Shown piece after piece: positions 9,607 to 16,849 of a stretch of 16,849 nt of DNA (position 1 is the stretch's first letter; every line of letters begins with the position of its first letter). The stretch is from positions 1-16,849 of the forward strand of contig CAVVUS010000009.1 in assembly GCA_963751345.1 (NCBI GenBank), given 5' to 3'. The DNA is from an uncultured Chloroflexia bacterium. Its GTDB lineage: Bacteria; Chloroflexota; Anaerolineae; B4-G1; SLSP01. Position numbers and translations under genes: made by a program. The notes beneath the pieces were generated by a model. That model worked only from the letters and a program-made list of their open reading frames with translations. It was not told where the DNA came from and searched no databases.

Positions 9607-9989
9607 ATGCGGAAAGTTGGGCAGGTTGTACTCGCAGTCTTGCGATTCTTGGGTATCTCATACTGATTGACTTGGGCCTGTTCGTCCTCGTCAGCCTATC
9701 GTGTTTGGTCTGGGGCCCTTGCTCCAATGCGAACTATAGCGAGCGGATGTTCTGGGCTCGGGATGGCCGGGATGATCGCCGCGATGCCCGCGGTCCTGGC
9801 CGCCCTGGGCACGAGCCGCGGCTACTACAATAGCCCGTTCACGGCGGGCATGGACGCCCAGGTGGCTCACACCATCGTCAACGGATGGCCGGCGAGGCCT
9901 GAGCAAGAGGACCACCTTCGCGTGGCGGATGATCACCATCGGCATGGTCGGCATCGGCATCGCGGCCCTGATCGACACAGCTCGGTTAG
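9607..9989 (+). CDS. Small hypothetical membrane protein (~126 aa, about 3 hydrophobic segments), reconstructed across several frameshifts
   Basis: Hydrophobic segments occur successively in different frames: [16 protein letters not shown] / [21 protein letters not shown]...YSERMFW / [18 protein letters not shown]...AHTIV / [31 protein letters not shown]. Junctions at ~9651, ~9755, ~9882 and ~9979. Confidence 0.45.
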
Positions 9990-10003
9990 CGTCAGAGGGG
10001 CAT

Positions 10004-11218
10004 GTGCGAATCACAGCCATAGAAAGCCTGGTCTGGCAGGCCACGCCCCGCGTCTTGACGGTGCGCGTCCACACCGACACCGGCCTGATCGGGCTCGGGG
10101 AGACCGTCGACAAGATACCCGGTTCGCGCGGCGCGCTGCACGGGACCGTCGCGCCGCTGCTGCTGGGCAAGGATCCGCTCGATATCGAGGGCCTTTGGCA
10201 GTCGATTGCCGACACCATCCTCTACCACGGCTTCGCCGGCGCGGAGATGCGCGCGCTGTCGGCGGTCGATCTCGCGCTGTGGGACCTGATGGGCAAGCAC
10301 TACGGCGCCCCCGTCTACCATCTGCTGGGCGGTCGATGCCGCGAGGCGGTGCCCACCTATAACACGTGCACCGGCTACGGCGAGATGGACGACTACGCGC
10401 TCTGGCAGGACGACGCGGGCGAGCTGGCCCGCCGGCTACTGGCGGATGGCTACCGCGCGATGAAGATCTGGCCCTTCGATCCCTACAGCCGCGCCGGCCG
10501 CGGAACCACCATCACCCCCCAGGATGTCGAGCGCGGCCTGCGCCCCATTCGTCAGATCCGTGATGCGGTGGGCCGGGAGATGGAGATCGGGCTCGAGTTC
10601 CACTTCCGCTGGAGCCGCGCCGCGATGGAGCGCATCGTGCAGGCCCTGGCGCCCTACGACATCCTCTTCCTGGAGGACGCGATCCACGCAGTCCATCCCG
10701 ACGAGATCAAGGCGCTCTCGCAGCGCACGCCGATCCCCATCGTGGGTTCCGAGCTATTGCTCACGCGGTGGCAGCTTCGCGAGTGGCTGGAGAAGCACGT
10801 CTCGCAGATCCTGATGACCGAGCCGCTCTGGACCGGGGGGATCACCGAGACGCGCAAGATTGCGGCGATGGCGGACGCCTTTGGCGTCCCCCTCGTGCTC
10901 CACAACATCTCGGGACCCGTCGGCCATGCGGCCTGCATGCACCTGGGCGCCCACATCCCCAACCTCTTCATGGTCGAGTCGGTGCGTGCCTTTGCGCAGA
11001 CCTATTTCCCGGTGTTCAGCACCCTCGCGCCAAGGGTGACGGACGGCACGCTGCCGGTGCCCGAGGGCCCCGGCCTGGGCGTCGCCCTGCGCCCTGAGGC
11101 GCTCGAACGTCCCGATCTCAGCCGCGTGGTGACCGACGCCGCGGCGCTCAGCGCCGCCGGCGAGCACTGGCAATACGCGCTGGGCTTCACCCACGCCCCG
11201 CCAACGGCTGACGCGTGA
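10004..11218 (+). CDS. Mandelate racemase/muconate lactonizing (enolase superfamily) enzyme, MKIWPFD type (~404 aa)
   Basis: Likely GTG start at 10004 (RBS GAGGGG): MRITAIES...[66 protein letters not shown]. Confidence 0.9.
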   Translation: MRITAIESLVWQATPRVLTVRVHTDTGLIGLGETVDKIPGSRGALHGTVAPLLLGKDPLDIEGLWQSIADTILYHGFAGAEMRALSAVDLALWDLMGKHYGAPVYHLLGGRCREAVPTYNTCTGYGEMDDYALWQDDAGELARRLLADGYRAMKIWPFDPYSRAGRGTTITPQDVERGLRPIRQIRDAVGREMEIGLEFHFRWSRAAMERIVQALAPYDILFLEDAIHAVHPDEIKALSQRTPIPIVGSELLLTRWQLREWLEKHVSQILMTEPLWTGGITETRKIAAMADAFGVPLVLHNISGPVGHAACMHLGAHIPNLFMVESVRAFAQTYFPVFSTLAPRVTDGTLPVPEGPGLGVALRPEALERPDLSRVVTDAAALSAAGEHWQYALGFTHAPPTADA

Positions 11219-11382
11219 GCGCCCGCCCGAGCCGCACGGGGATGAAAGTCCCCGTGCTACTAAGCTGCGCCCGATGAATCGGGCTTCTCGGTCCGGATGC
11301 GTGCTCAAGCCCCATTGATGGGGCGCCGTGTGGTAGCCCGGCGACTTCATCGCCGGGCGGTGCGTGAATGGCTGACGCGTGA
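11206..11382. repeat. Palindromic REP/REPIN- or IS200/IS605 PATE-like element with four hairpins, flanked by a 13-bp direct repeat
   Basis: Hairpins at 11234-11257, 11269-11284, 11309-11324 and 11336-11358. CTAC (11257-11260) and GTAG (11333-11336) at the feet of the outer hairpins. GGCTGACGCGTGA at 11206-11218 and 11370-11382. Confidence 0.7.
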
Positions 11383-11534
11383 CGAAGGGGGACAGGGGAG
11401 GCCGCTGGCATCGGGTTAGGGTCATCAGCCGGTGGGTGGAGGCCATTTGTGGACCGCGGGCGTGTCTCGCCCGCTCTGGCGACGTGGAACCGGCGCAGGT
11501 GATTGGGCCACGTCGTGGTCGTTTCTGTGTGCTT

Positions 11535-11576
11535 GCGGGCGAAATCCTGAGGTTGCGCTCAGGACAGGCTGCCCGC
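11535..11576. other. Intergenic stem-loop (REP-like or 5' leader structure) upstream of the URO-D-like gene
   Basis: TCCTGAG-gttgcg-CTCAGGA (11545-11564) nested within GCGGGC...GCCCGC. Confidence 0.4.
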
Positions 11577-11617
11577 GGTCCGGTATTTACCGCCCTTGAT
11601 CAGTAAGGAGACACTTC

Positions 11618-12876
11618 GTGACTGACCTCTGGCCCGTGATCGACAGCGACATCCACATCCTGCGTGAACTCACCAAGCGCAAGCGCGAGATCGCGCAGGA
11701 CCCCGTATGGCCGAGCGTAAGCGGCTCTGGCTGCGCCACGCCGCCCTCGACGGCGAGCGCCCCATGATCCTCGCTGAGACCGTCGGCGTCCTTGACGAGC
11801 TCGTGCCGCTTTCGACCCTGCGCTGCGAGGCACCGTGGGCCCGCGAGATGGAGCGCGGCCTGCGCGACATCGTCTTCAGCTACGAGCACGTCAAGGACGA
11901 CGCCGTCGTCGAGCCGTGGATCCAGTATGGGTGGGACATCACCATCGGCGAGTATGGCGTGGCCCCCGAGCTGGTTCGCGGCGCCAACGAGGGCAAGCTC
12001 GGCAGCTATACCTGGGATCCGCCCATCAAGGACCTCGACCGCGACTTTGACAAGCTCCACTTTCGCAAGCTCAGCGTCGACCGCGAGCGGACCGCCGCCT
12101 GGGGCGCCTTCCTTGAAACGCATTTCGGCGACATCCTGCCTGTGCGGCTGCGGTCGGGCTATTGGTGGACGGCCGGCCTCACGTGGTCGGCCATCAACCT
12201 GATCGGTCTTGAAGGATTAATGATATCGATGTATGATAATCCCAAGGGACTGCATCGCCTGATGGCCTTCTTGCGTGACGATTTCCAGGCCATGCTCGAT
12301 TGGTTCGAGGCCGAGGGTCTGCTCTCGCTCAACAACGAGAACGACTACGTGGGGTCGGGCACGCAGGGCTGGACGACGGAGCTGCCCCAGCCGGACGCCG
12401 CTGTGGGCGATCCGGTGCGCGTCAGGGATATCTGGGGGCTTTCCGAGTCGCAGGAGACGGTGGGCATCTCGCCGAAGATGTTTGAGGAGTTCATCTTCCC
12501 GTATCAGTTGCCGGTGATCAGCCGCTTCGGCTTGAGCTACTATGGGTGCTGCGAGCCGGTGCACAATCGCTGGCACGTGATCAAGCGGATCCCGAACCTG
12601 CGACGCGTCTCCGTCTCGCCGTGGTGCGACGAGGTGCAGATGGCCGAGGGACTGGGCAGCGACTACATCTACTGCCGCAAGCCCAACCCGGCGATGATCA
12701 GCACCGGGCGGTTCGACGAGGACGCGATTCGCGAGGACGTGCGCACCACCCTCCGCGCGGCGGCGGGCTGCACCGTCGAGTTCGCGATGAAAGACGTCCA
12801 CACGCTCAACAACGAGCCCTTGCGGCTCGGGCGGTGGGTGGAGTTGGCGCGCGAGGTGATTGAGGAAATGGCCTGA
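11618..12876 (+). CDS. Uroporphyrinogen decarboxylase/methyltransferase-fold (URO-D/CIMS-like) protein of unknown function (~419 aa; one base missing at ~11706)
   Basis: RBS AAGGAG and GTG 11618 give MTDLWPVIDSDIHILRELTKRKREIAQDPV, joining MAERKRLW. GLEGLMISMYDNP..LHRLM, SQETVGISPKMFEEFIFPY and YYGCCEP are typical of this fold family. Confidence 0.7.
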
Positions 12877-12890
12877 TGGCACCGTAGCTT

Positions 12891-12943
12891 TCCGGAAGGC
12901 CTCTTTCCGGATCGTACGTTCCCGGCGGATCTGTGATCCGCCG
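12891..12943. other. Two adjacent intergenic hairpins (possible terminator or mRNA-stability element)
   Basis: TCCGGAA...TTCCGGA (12891-12911) and CGGCGGATC-tgt-GATCCGCCG (12923-12943); no clear U-tract. Confidence 0.4.
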
Positions 12944-13026
12944 AGCGGATTTGGCTGGCGCAACGGATTTGGGTTCCTGTCTGCTGGGCAACTGTGTGGT
13001 CTGATAATAGTTAGGAGGCATAACCG

Positions 13027-13875
13027 ATGGAAAAGCGAAAACTGGGCAAGACCGGCGAGATGCTGACGGTGATCGGGTTTGGCGGGATCATCGTCATGGA
13101 TGAGACGCCCGAGAATGCGGCGAAGTTCGTCGCCGAGGCGATCGAGGAGCGCGGCGTCAACTACTTCGACGTAGCGCCCTCCTACGGCAACGCCGAGGAG
13201 CGGCTTGGACCCGCGCTGGAGCCCTACCGCAACGGTGTCTTCCTGGCCTGCAAGACCGGGAAGCGGGATGCGGCTGGGGCGGAGCAGGAGCTCAACGCCT
13301 CACTCAAGAAGCTCCGCACCGACCACTTCGACGTCTACCAGCTCCACGCAATGAAGGAGCTGGCGGACGTGGAACAGGTCCTCGGGCCGGGTGGCGCGCT
13401 GGAGACCTTTGTCAAGGCGCGGGAGCAGGGCAAGGTGCGCTTCCTGGGCTTCTCGGCACACTCCGAGGAGGCCGCGCTGGCGCTGATGGACCAGTTCGAC
13501 TTCGACACGATCCTCTTCCCCCTCAACTGGACCACGTGGCTCAAAGAGGGCTTCGGCCCCGACGTGATCGACAAGGCCCAGGAGGAGGGGATGGGCATCC
13601 TCGCGCTCAAGACGCTGGCCAAGCGCGCCTGGCGCGAGGGCGAGGAGCACAACTGGAGCAAGACCTGGTACAAGCCCGTAGAGAGCTACGAAGAGGCCAA
13701 GCTGGCGGTGCGGTTCACGCTCTCCCTGCCGGTGACCGCCGGCGTGAGCCCCGGCCACATGCCGCTCTTCCGCTGGGCCTGCGAGGCCGCCGAGGAGTAC
13801 AAGCCCATCGCCGACACCGAGAAATCCACGCTGCGCGAGCGCGCCGTGGCGCTGGAGGCGATTTTCCCGCAGTAG
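13027..13875 (+). CDS. Aldo/keto reductase
   Basis: MEKRKLGKTG, NYFDVAPSYG, FLACKT, SLKKLRTDHFDVYQLH, GKVRFLGFSAH. RBS AGGAGG. Confidence 0.92.
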   Translation: MEKRKLGKTGEMLTVIGFGGIIVMDETPENAAKFVAEAIEERGVNYFDVAPSYGNAEERLGPALEPYRNGVFLACKTGKRDAAGAEQELNASLKKLRTDHFDVYQLHAMKELADVEQVLGPGGALETFVKAREQGKVRFLGFSAHSEEAALALMDQFDFDTILFPLNWTTWLKEGFGPDVIDKAQEEGMGILALKTLAKRAWREGEEHNWSKTWYKPVESYEEAKLAVRFTLSLPVTAGVSPGHMPLFRWACEAAEEYKPIADTEKSTLRERAVALEAIFPQ

Positions 13876-13917
13876 GAAGGGATAGGGGAGAGCAAATACC
13901 GAGATAAGGCCTGAACG

Positions 13918-13945
13918 CGGAGCTGCCGGTTCCCCGGCAGCTCCG
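13918..13945. terminator. Strong 12-bp-stem hairpin downstream of the AKR (terminator-like, no U-tract)
   Basis: CGGAGCTGCCGG-ttcc-CCGGCAGCTCCG, perfect stem. Confidence 0.5.
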
Positions 13946-13991
13946 TCCCAATACGGTGCTACCAGGTTATCCGGCGTATGGAGATATAGGA

Positions 13992-14294
13992 TTGACCGCA
14001 AGAATCGACGTCCCGCAACAAGAGATCCGAGCCTTTTGTCGCCGCAACCACATCCGTTGGCTGGCGCTCTTCGGTTCGGTGTTGCGCCAGGACTTCTCAC
14101 CTGACAGTGATGTGGATGTCCTGGTGGAGTTCGAACCGGACGCGCGCGTGGGGTTGATTGCGCTTGCCGGAATGGAGATCGAGCTGGGGCGATTGCTCGG
14201 TCGTAAGGCGGAGATTCACACGGTCAACGGCCTGCACCCCCTGTACCGGGATGAGGTCTTGAGCCTCGCGGAGGTGCAATATGAGCTTGCGTGA
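13992..14294 (+). CDS. mntA: Minimal nucleotidyltransferase (MNT) antitoxin
   Basis: LFGSVLRQDFSPDSDVDVLVEF matches GSx10DxD. About 100 aa from the likely TTG 13992 (GGAG upstream). Overlaps the HEPN gene. Confidence 0.9.
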   Translation: MTARIDVPQQEIRAFCRRNHIRWLALFGSVLRQDFSPDSDVDVLVEFEPDARVGLIALAGMEIELGRLLGRKAEIHTVNGLHPLYRDEVLSLAEVQYELA

Positions 14295-14622
14295 CGACCG
14301 AGTCAGCCTTAGCGACATGCTCAGATACGCACGCGAGGCCGTCGAATTGCTAGGTGACGCAGATCGAGAGATGCTGGCACAGGACAGAGTAGTCCAGCTC
14401 GCACTGACACGATTGGTCGAAATCATTGGCGAGGCAGCCACTCGGGTCTCAGCGGAGACGCAGCAAACGCACTCCGAGATCCCTTGGGCCCAGATCGTCG
14501 GAATGCGCAATCGACTGATACACGGATACGATGTCATCGATCTCAACCTACTCTGGGATACGGTGATGTACGATCTGCCTCCTCTTATCTTGTCCCTGAC
14601 TGCGATCGCGCACGAGGCCTGA
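14281..14622 (+). CDS. hepT: HEPN (DUF86) RNase toxin of an MNT-HEPN toxin-antitoxin pair
   Basis: EIIGEAA, IPWAQIVGMRNRLIHGY (Rx4HxY motif), 113 aa, directly downstream of MNT. Confidence 0.92.
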   Translation: MSLRDDRVSLSDMLRYAREAVELLGDADREMLAQDRVVQLALTRLVEIIGEAATRVSAETQQTHSEIPWAQIVGMRNRLIHGYDVIDLNLLWDTVMYDLPPLILSLTAIAHEA

Positions 14623-14712
14623 CCGGCTGGCCCGGTGCGACGCATCTGTGCGCCCCCGACTGGGTGCGCTAGGCTGTGCTTGATCCTCCCACCTGCTCTG
14701 TCGAATGCCCTC

Positions 14713-14758
14713 AGCTTGCGACGTCAAGCTATTGCGTATGTCGAAAACAGTATATAAT
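14713..14758 (+). promoter_or_regulatory. AT-rich promoter region with an inverted repeat (possible operator)
   Basis: AGCTTG-N6-CAAGCT (14713-14730), TTGCGT (14732-14737) and TATAAT (14753-14758). The 15-nt spacer is short. Confidence 0.4.
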
Positions 14759-14817
14759 AATAGCATATATCTTGTTTATGGAAGAAACACCTTAGCGTCG
14801 GGACGAGGAGTTGGGAG

Positions 14818-15673
14818 ATGACGACTCAGATCTGGGGATGATGCAGCATCTGACCGTGTCTTGCCCGCCACGCGCGTGCTGGCGGCGATCGTGGTACCGT
14901 TCCTGGTGGTAGCTTTCGGCATGCTCTACTTCTTCCCCGACATCAGCGGCACCCTCTTCGCCTGGCCGATCAAGCCCCACATGAGCGCCATGACGCTCGG
15001 CGCGACCTATCTGGGCGGCGCCTACTTCTTCACCAACGTCATCTTCGCCAAACGCTGGCACACCGTCCGCCTGGGCTTCCTCCCGGTGACCGCCTTCGCC
15101 GCGATCTTGGGCGTCTCCACGCTGCTGCACTGGGACAAGTTCACGCACGGCCATCCCTCCTTCATCTCCTGGGCCGTGCTCTACTTCACGCTGCCCTTCA
15201 TCATCCCCGTCGTCTGGTACCTCAACCAGCGCGCTGCCCCCGCCGGGGCGTCGCGGTCGGAGCCTACCTTCTCCGCCTACTTTCGCGGGGCCATGGGTCT
15301 CATCGGAGCGATTCTCCTAGGTGCAGGCGCCATGCTATTGCTGGCGCCGGGATGGATGATCCCGCTCTGGCCCTGGGCCATGACGCCGCTGACCGGGCGT
15401 GTGATGGCGGCGATGTTCACGCTCTCGGGGTGGGTGGGATTAGGGGTTGCACTGGACGGCCATTGGAGTTCGGCGCGCGTCCTCTTCGGGGCGCAAGCCA
15501 TCTCGGTCGTTCTCTTCCTGTTGGCATCTGCCCTGGCTCGAGTCGACATCCATTGGGAGATGCTGACCAGCTACACCTTTGTGGGCGGGATGGTGTTGGT
15601 GCTCGCCCTCATCCTGTGGGCGGCTGCCCAGACCCGGCGCGCGCGCCGGCGGGCGGCGCAGCCCGTGGCCTGA
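14818..15673 (+). CDS. Hypothetical multi-pass membrane protein with an internal two-fold repeat (probable extra G at ~14834)
   Basis: About 8 hydrophobic helices; repeated FAWPIKP.MSA..LGA.Y / WPWAMTPLTGRVMAA.F. ATG 14818 has an RBS and joins the 14861 frame after a +1 shift in GGGG. Confidence 0.75.
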
Positions 15674-15701
15674 CGCCGCCCGCCGCTCCCTCATCCGACA
15701 T

Positions 15702-16849
15702 CTAGCCTCCGGCCTGTCGAGCCATCCGGACCATCGTGTCCAGAACCCGCTCGACATCCTCGTCCGTCGTAGCCGCCGACGAGACGCTGATTCGCATCGC
15801 CGTCTGGCCCTGCCAGACGGTCCCGCCGCACCAGCCCGTGCCATCTTGCTGGATCTCCGAAATCACACGAAGCGTCGTCTCTGGATCCCCAAAGGCGACC
15901 AGCACCTGATTGAGCACAACGTCGTTGAGCACCCGGTACCCGGCCGATTGGAGACCTGTTGCGAACCGTCTGGCCTGACGGCAGGAGCGCTCGATCAGCT
16001 CGACAATTCCACTGCGACCCAACGAATGTAACGCCGCCCACACCTCCACGCCCCGCGCCCGCCTGGAGAGCTCGGGCGTGAAATCCGAGGGGTTGCGGAC
16101 CGTGCTCTCGGTCGGCAGATACTCGGCGGTCACGGCCATCGCGGCCCGCAATGCATCCGCATCCCGCACGAGCGCCAGCCCACTGTCATAAGGGACGTTC
16201 AACCACTTGTGAAAGTCTGTCGCCCACGAGTCTGCGCGGGTCATACCGGCGGTGAGGCGAGCCATAGACGGTACCGCCATGGCCCAGAGGCCAAAGGCCC
16301 CATCCACGTGAACCCACGCGCCGGACGCGTGGGCGATCTCGCTGATCTCGCCGATGGGATCGAACGCCCCGGTGTTCACATTGCCCGCCTGCGTGCACAC
16401 GATCGTGGGCCCCGAGATCGGCGGCAAGGCATCGGCACGCATCCGCCCCTGTGCGTCCACCGGCACCCGGATCAGCCGGCTCCGCCCCAGTCCCAGCAGC
16501 CCCAAACCCTTGAGGAGGGTGGGATGCGCCTCCTCGCCGGCGACCACCGTGATGGGTGGCGCGCCAAACAACCCGTCGGCCTCGACGTTCCAGCCGGCGC
16601 GCTGGAGCACGGCGTGCCGCGCGGCAGCCAGCGCGCTGAAGTTGGCCATCGTCGCCCCGGTGACAAAAGCGCCCCCCGACGTTCGCGGCATATCGAACAG
16701 ATCGAGCAGCCAGCCCAACGCGACCTGTTCGAGTTGGGCGGTGCCCGGGGTCACGTTATAGAGGGCCGAGTTCTGGTCCCATGCGCCCGCAAGCCAGTTG
16801 GCCGCAAGCGTCACGGGCAGTGACCCGCCAATGACGAACCCGAAGAAGC
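15702..16849 (-). CDS. Group II PLP-dependent decarboxylase (aromatic amino acid/glutamate decarboxylase family), N-terminus outside the window
   Basis: FFGFVIGG at the window edge, GAFVTGATMANF, AGNVNTGAFD, WVHVDGAFG, ADSWATDFHKWLNVPYD (PLP lysine). Confidence 0.92.
   Translation of the reverse strand, partial: FFGFVIGGSLPVTLAANWLAGAWDQNSALYNVTPGTAQLEQVALGWLLDLFDMPRTSGGAFVTGATMANFSALAAARHAVLQRAGWNVEADGLFGAPPITVVAGEEAHPTLLKGLGLLGLGRSRLIRVPVDAQGRMRADALPPISGPTIVCTQAGNVNTGAFDPIGEISEIAHASGAWVHVDGAFGLWAMAVPSMARLTAGMTRADSWATDFHKWLNVPYDSGLALVRDADALRAAMAVTAEYLPTESTVRNPSDFTPELSRRARGVEVWAALHSLGRSGIVELIERSCRQARRFATGLQSAGYRVLNDVVLNQVLVAFGDPETTLRVISEIQQDGTGWCGGTVWQGQTAMRISVSSAATTDEDVERVLDTMVRMARQAGG

Noticed and set aside
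9929-10003. Hydrophobic signal or anchor-like N-terminus on the second enolase
   Set aside because: The family-typical start MRITAIES begins at GTG 10004 with an RBS. The extension probably belongs to the upstream frameshifted membrane gene.
11219-11617. Possible CRISPR array, riboswitch or tRNA in the long intergenic region
   Set aside because: No regularly spaced direct repeats, no cas genes and no recognisable riboswitch or cloverleaf consensus. The hairpins fit a REP-like element better.

Overview
A GC-rich bacterial window with Chloroflexota/Anaerolineae-like gene content (taxonomy is inference only), dominated by a cytoplasmic carbohydrate-catabolism region. Left arm (- strand): an operon of S1 sulfatase, a DgoD-like enolase-superfamily enzyme and a GH117 alpha-1,3-(3,6-anhydro)-L-galactosidase. 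The GH117 gene is absent from the ORF track because it runs off the window. The operon is preceded by a sigma70-like promoter overlapped by a perfect LacI-type palindrome. Right arm (+ strand): MBL-fold hydrolase, aldo/keto reductase, GH2 beta-mannosidase-like glycosidase, DHA3-type MFS, a small membrane protein, a second enolase-superfamily enzyme, a URO-D/methyltransferase-fold protein, a second AKR, an MNT-HEPN toxin-antitoxin pair and a membrane protein, followed by a convergent, truncated group II PLP decarboxylase. About a dozen single-base frameshifts, many in short homopolymers, fragment or falsely fuse ORFs and are most likely long-read errors. The best candidate for an undescribed system is a signal-peptide-free red-algal galactan (agar/porphyran-type) oligosaccharide pathway built from non-canonical enzymes. 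A four-hairpin GTAG-REP/PATE-like element flanked by a 13-bp direct repeat lies at 11206-11382.
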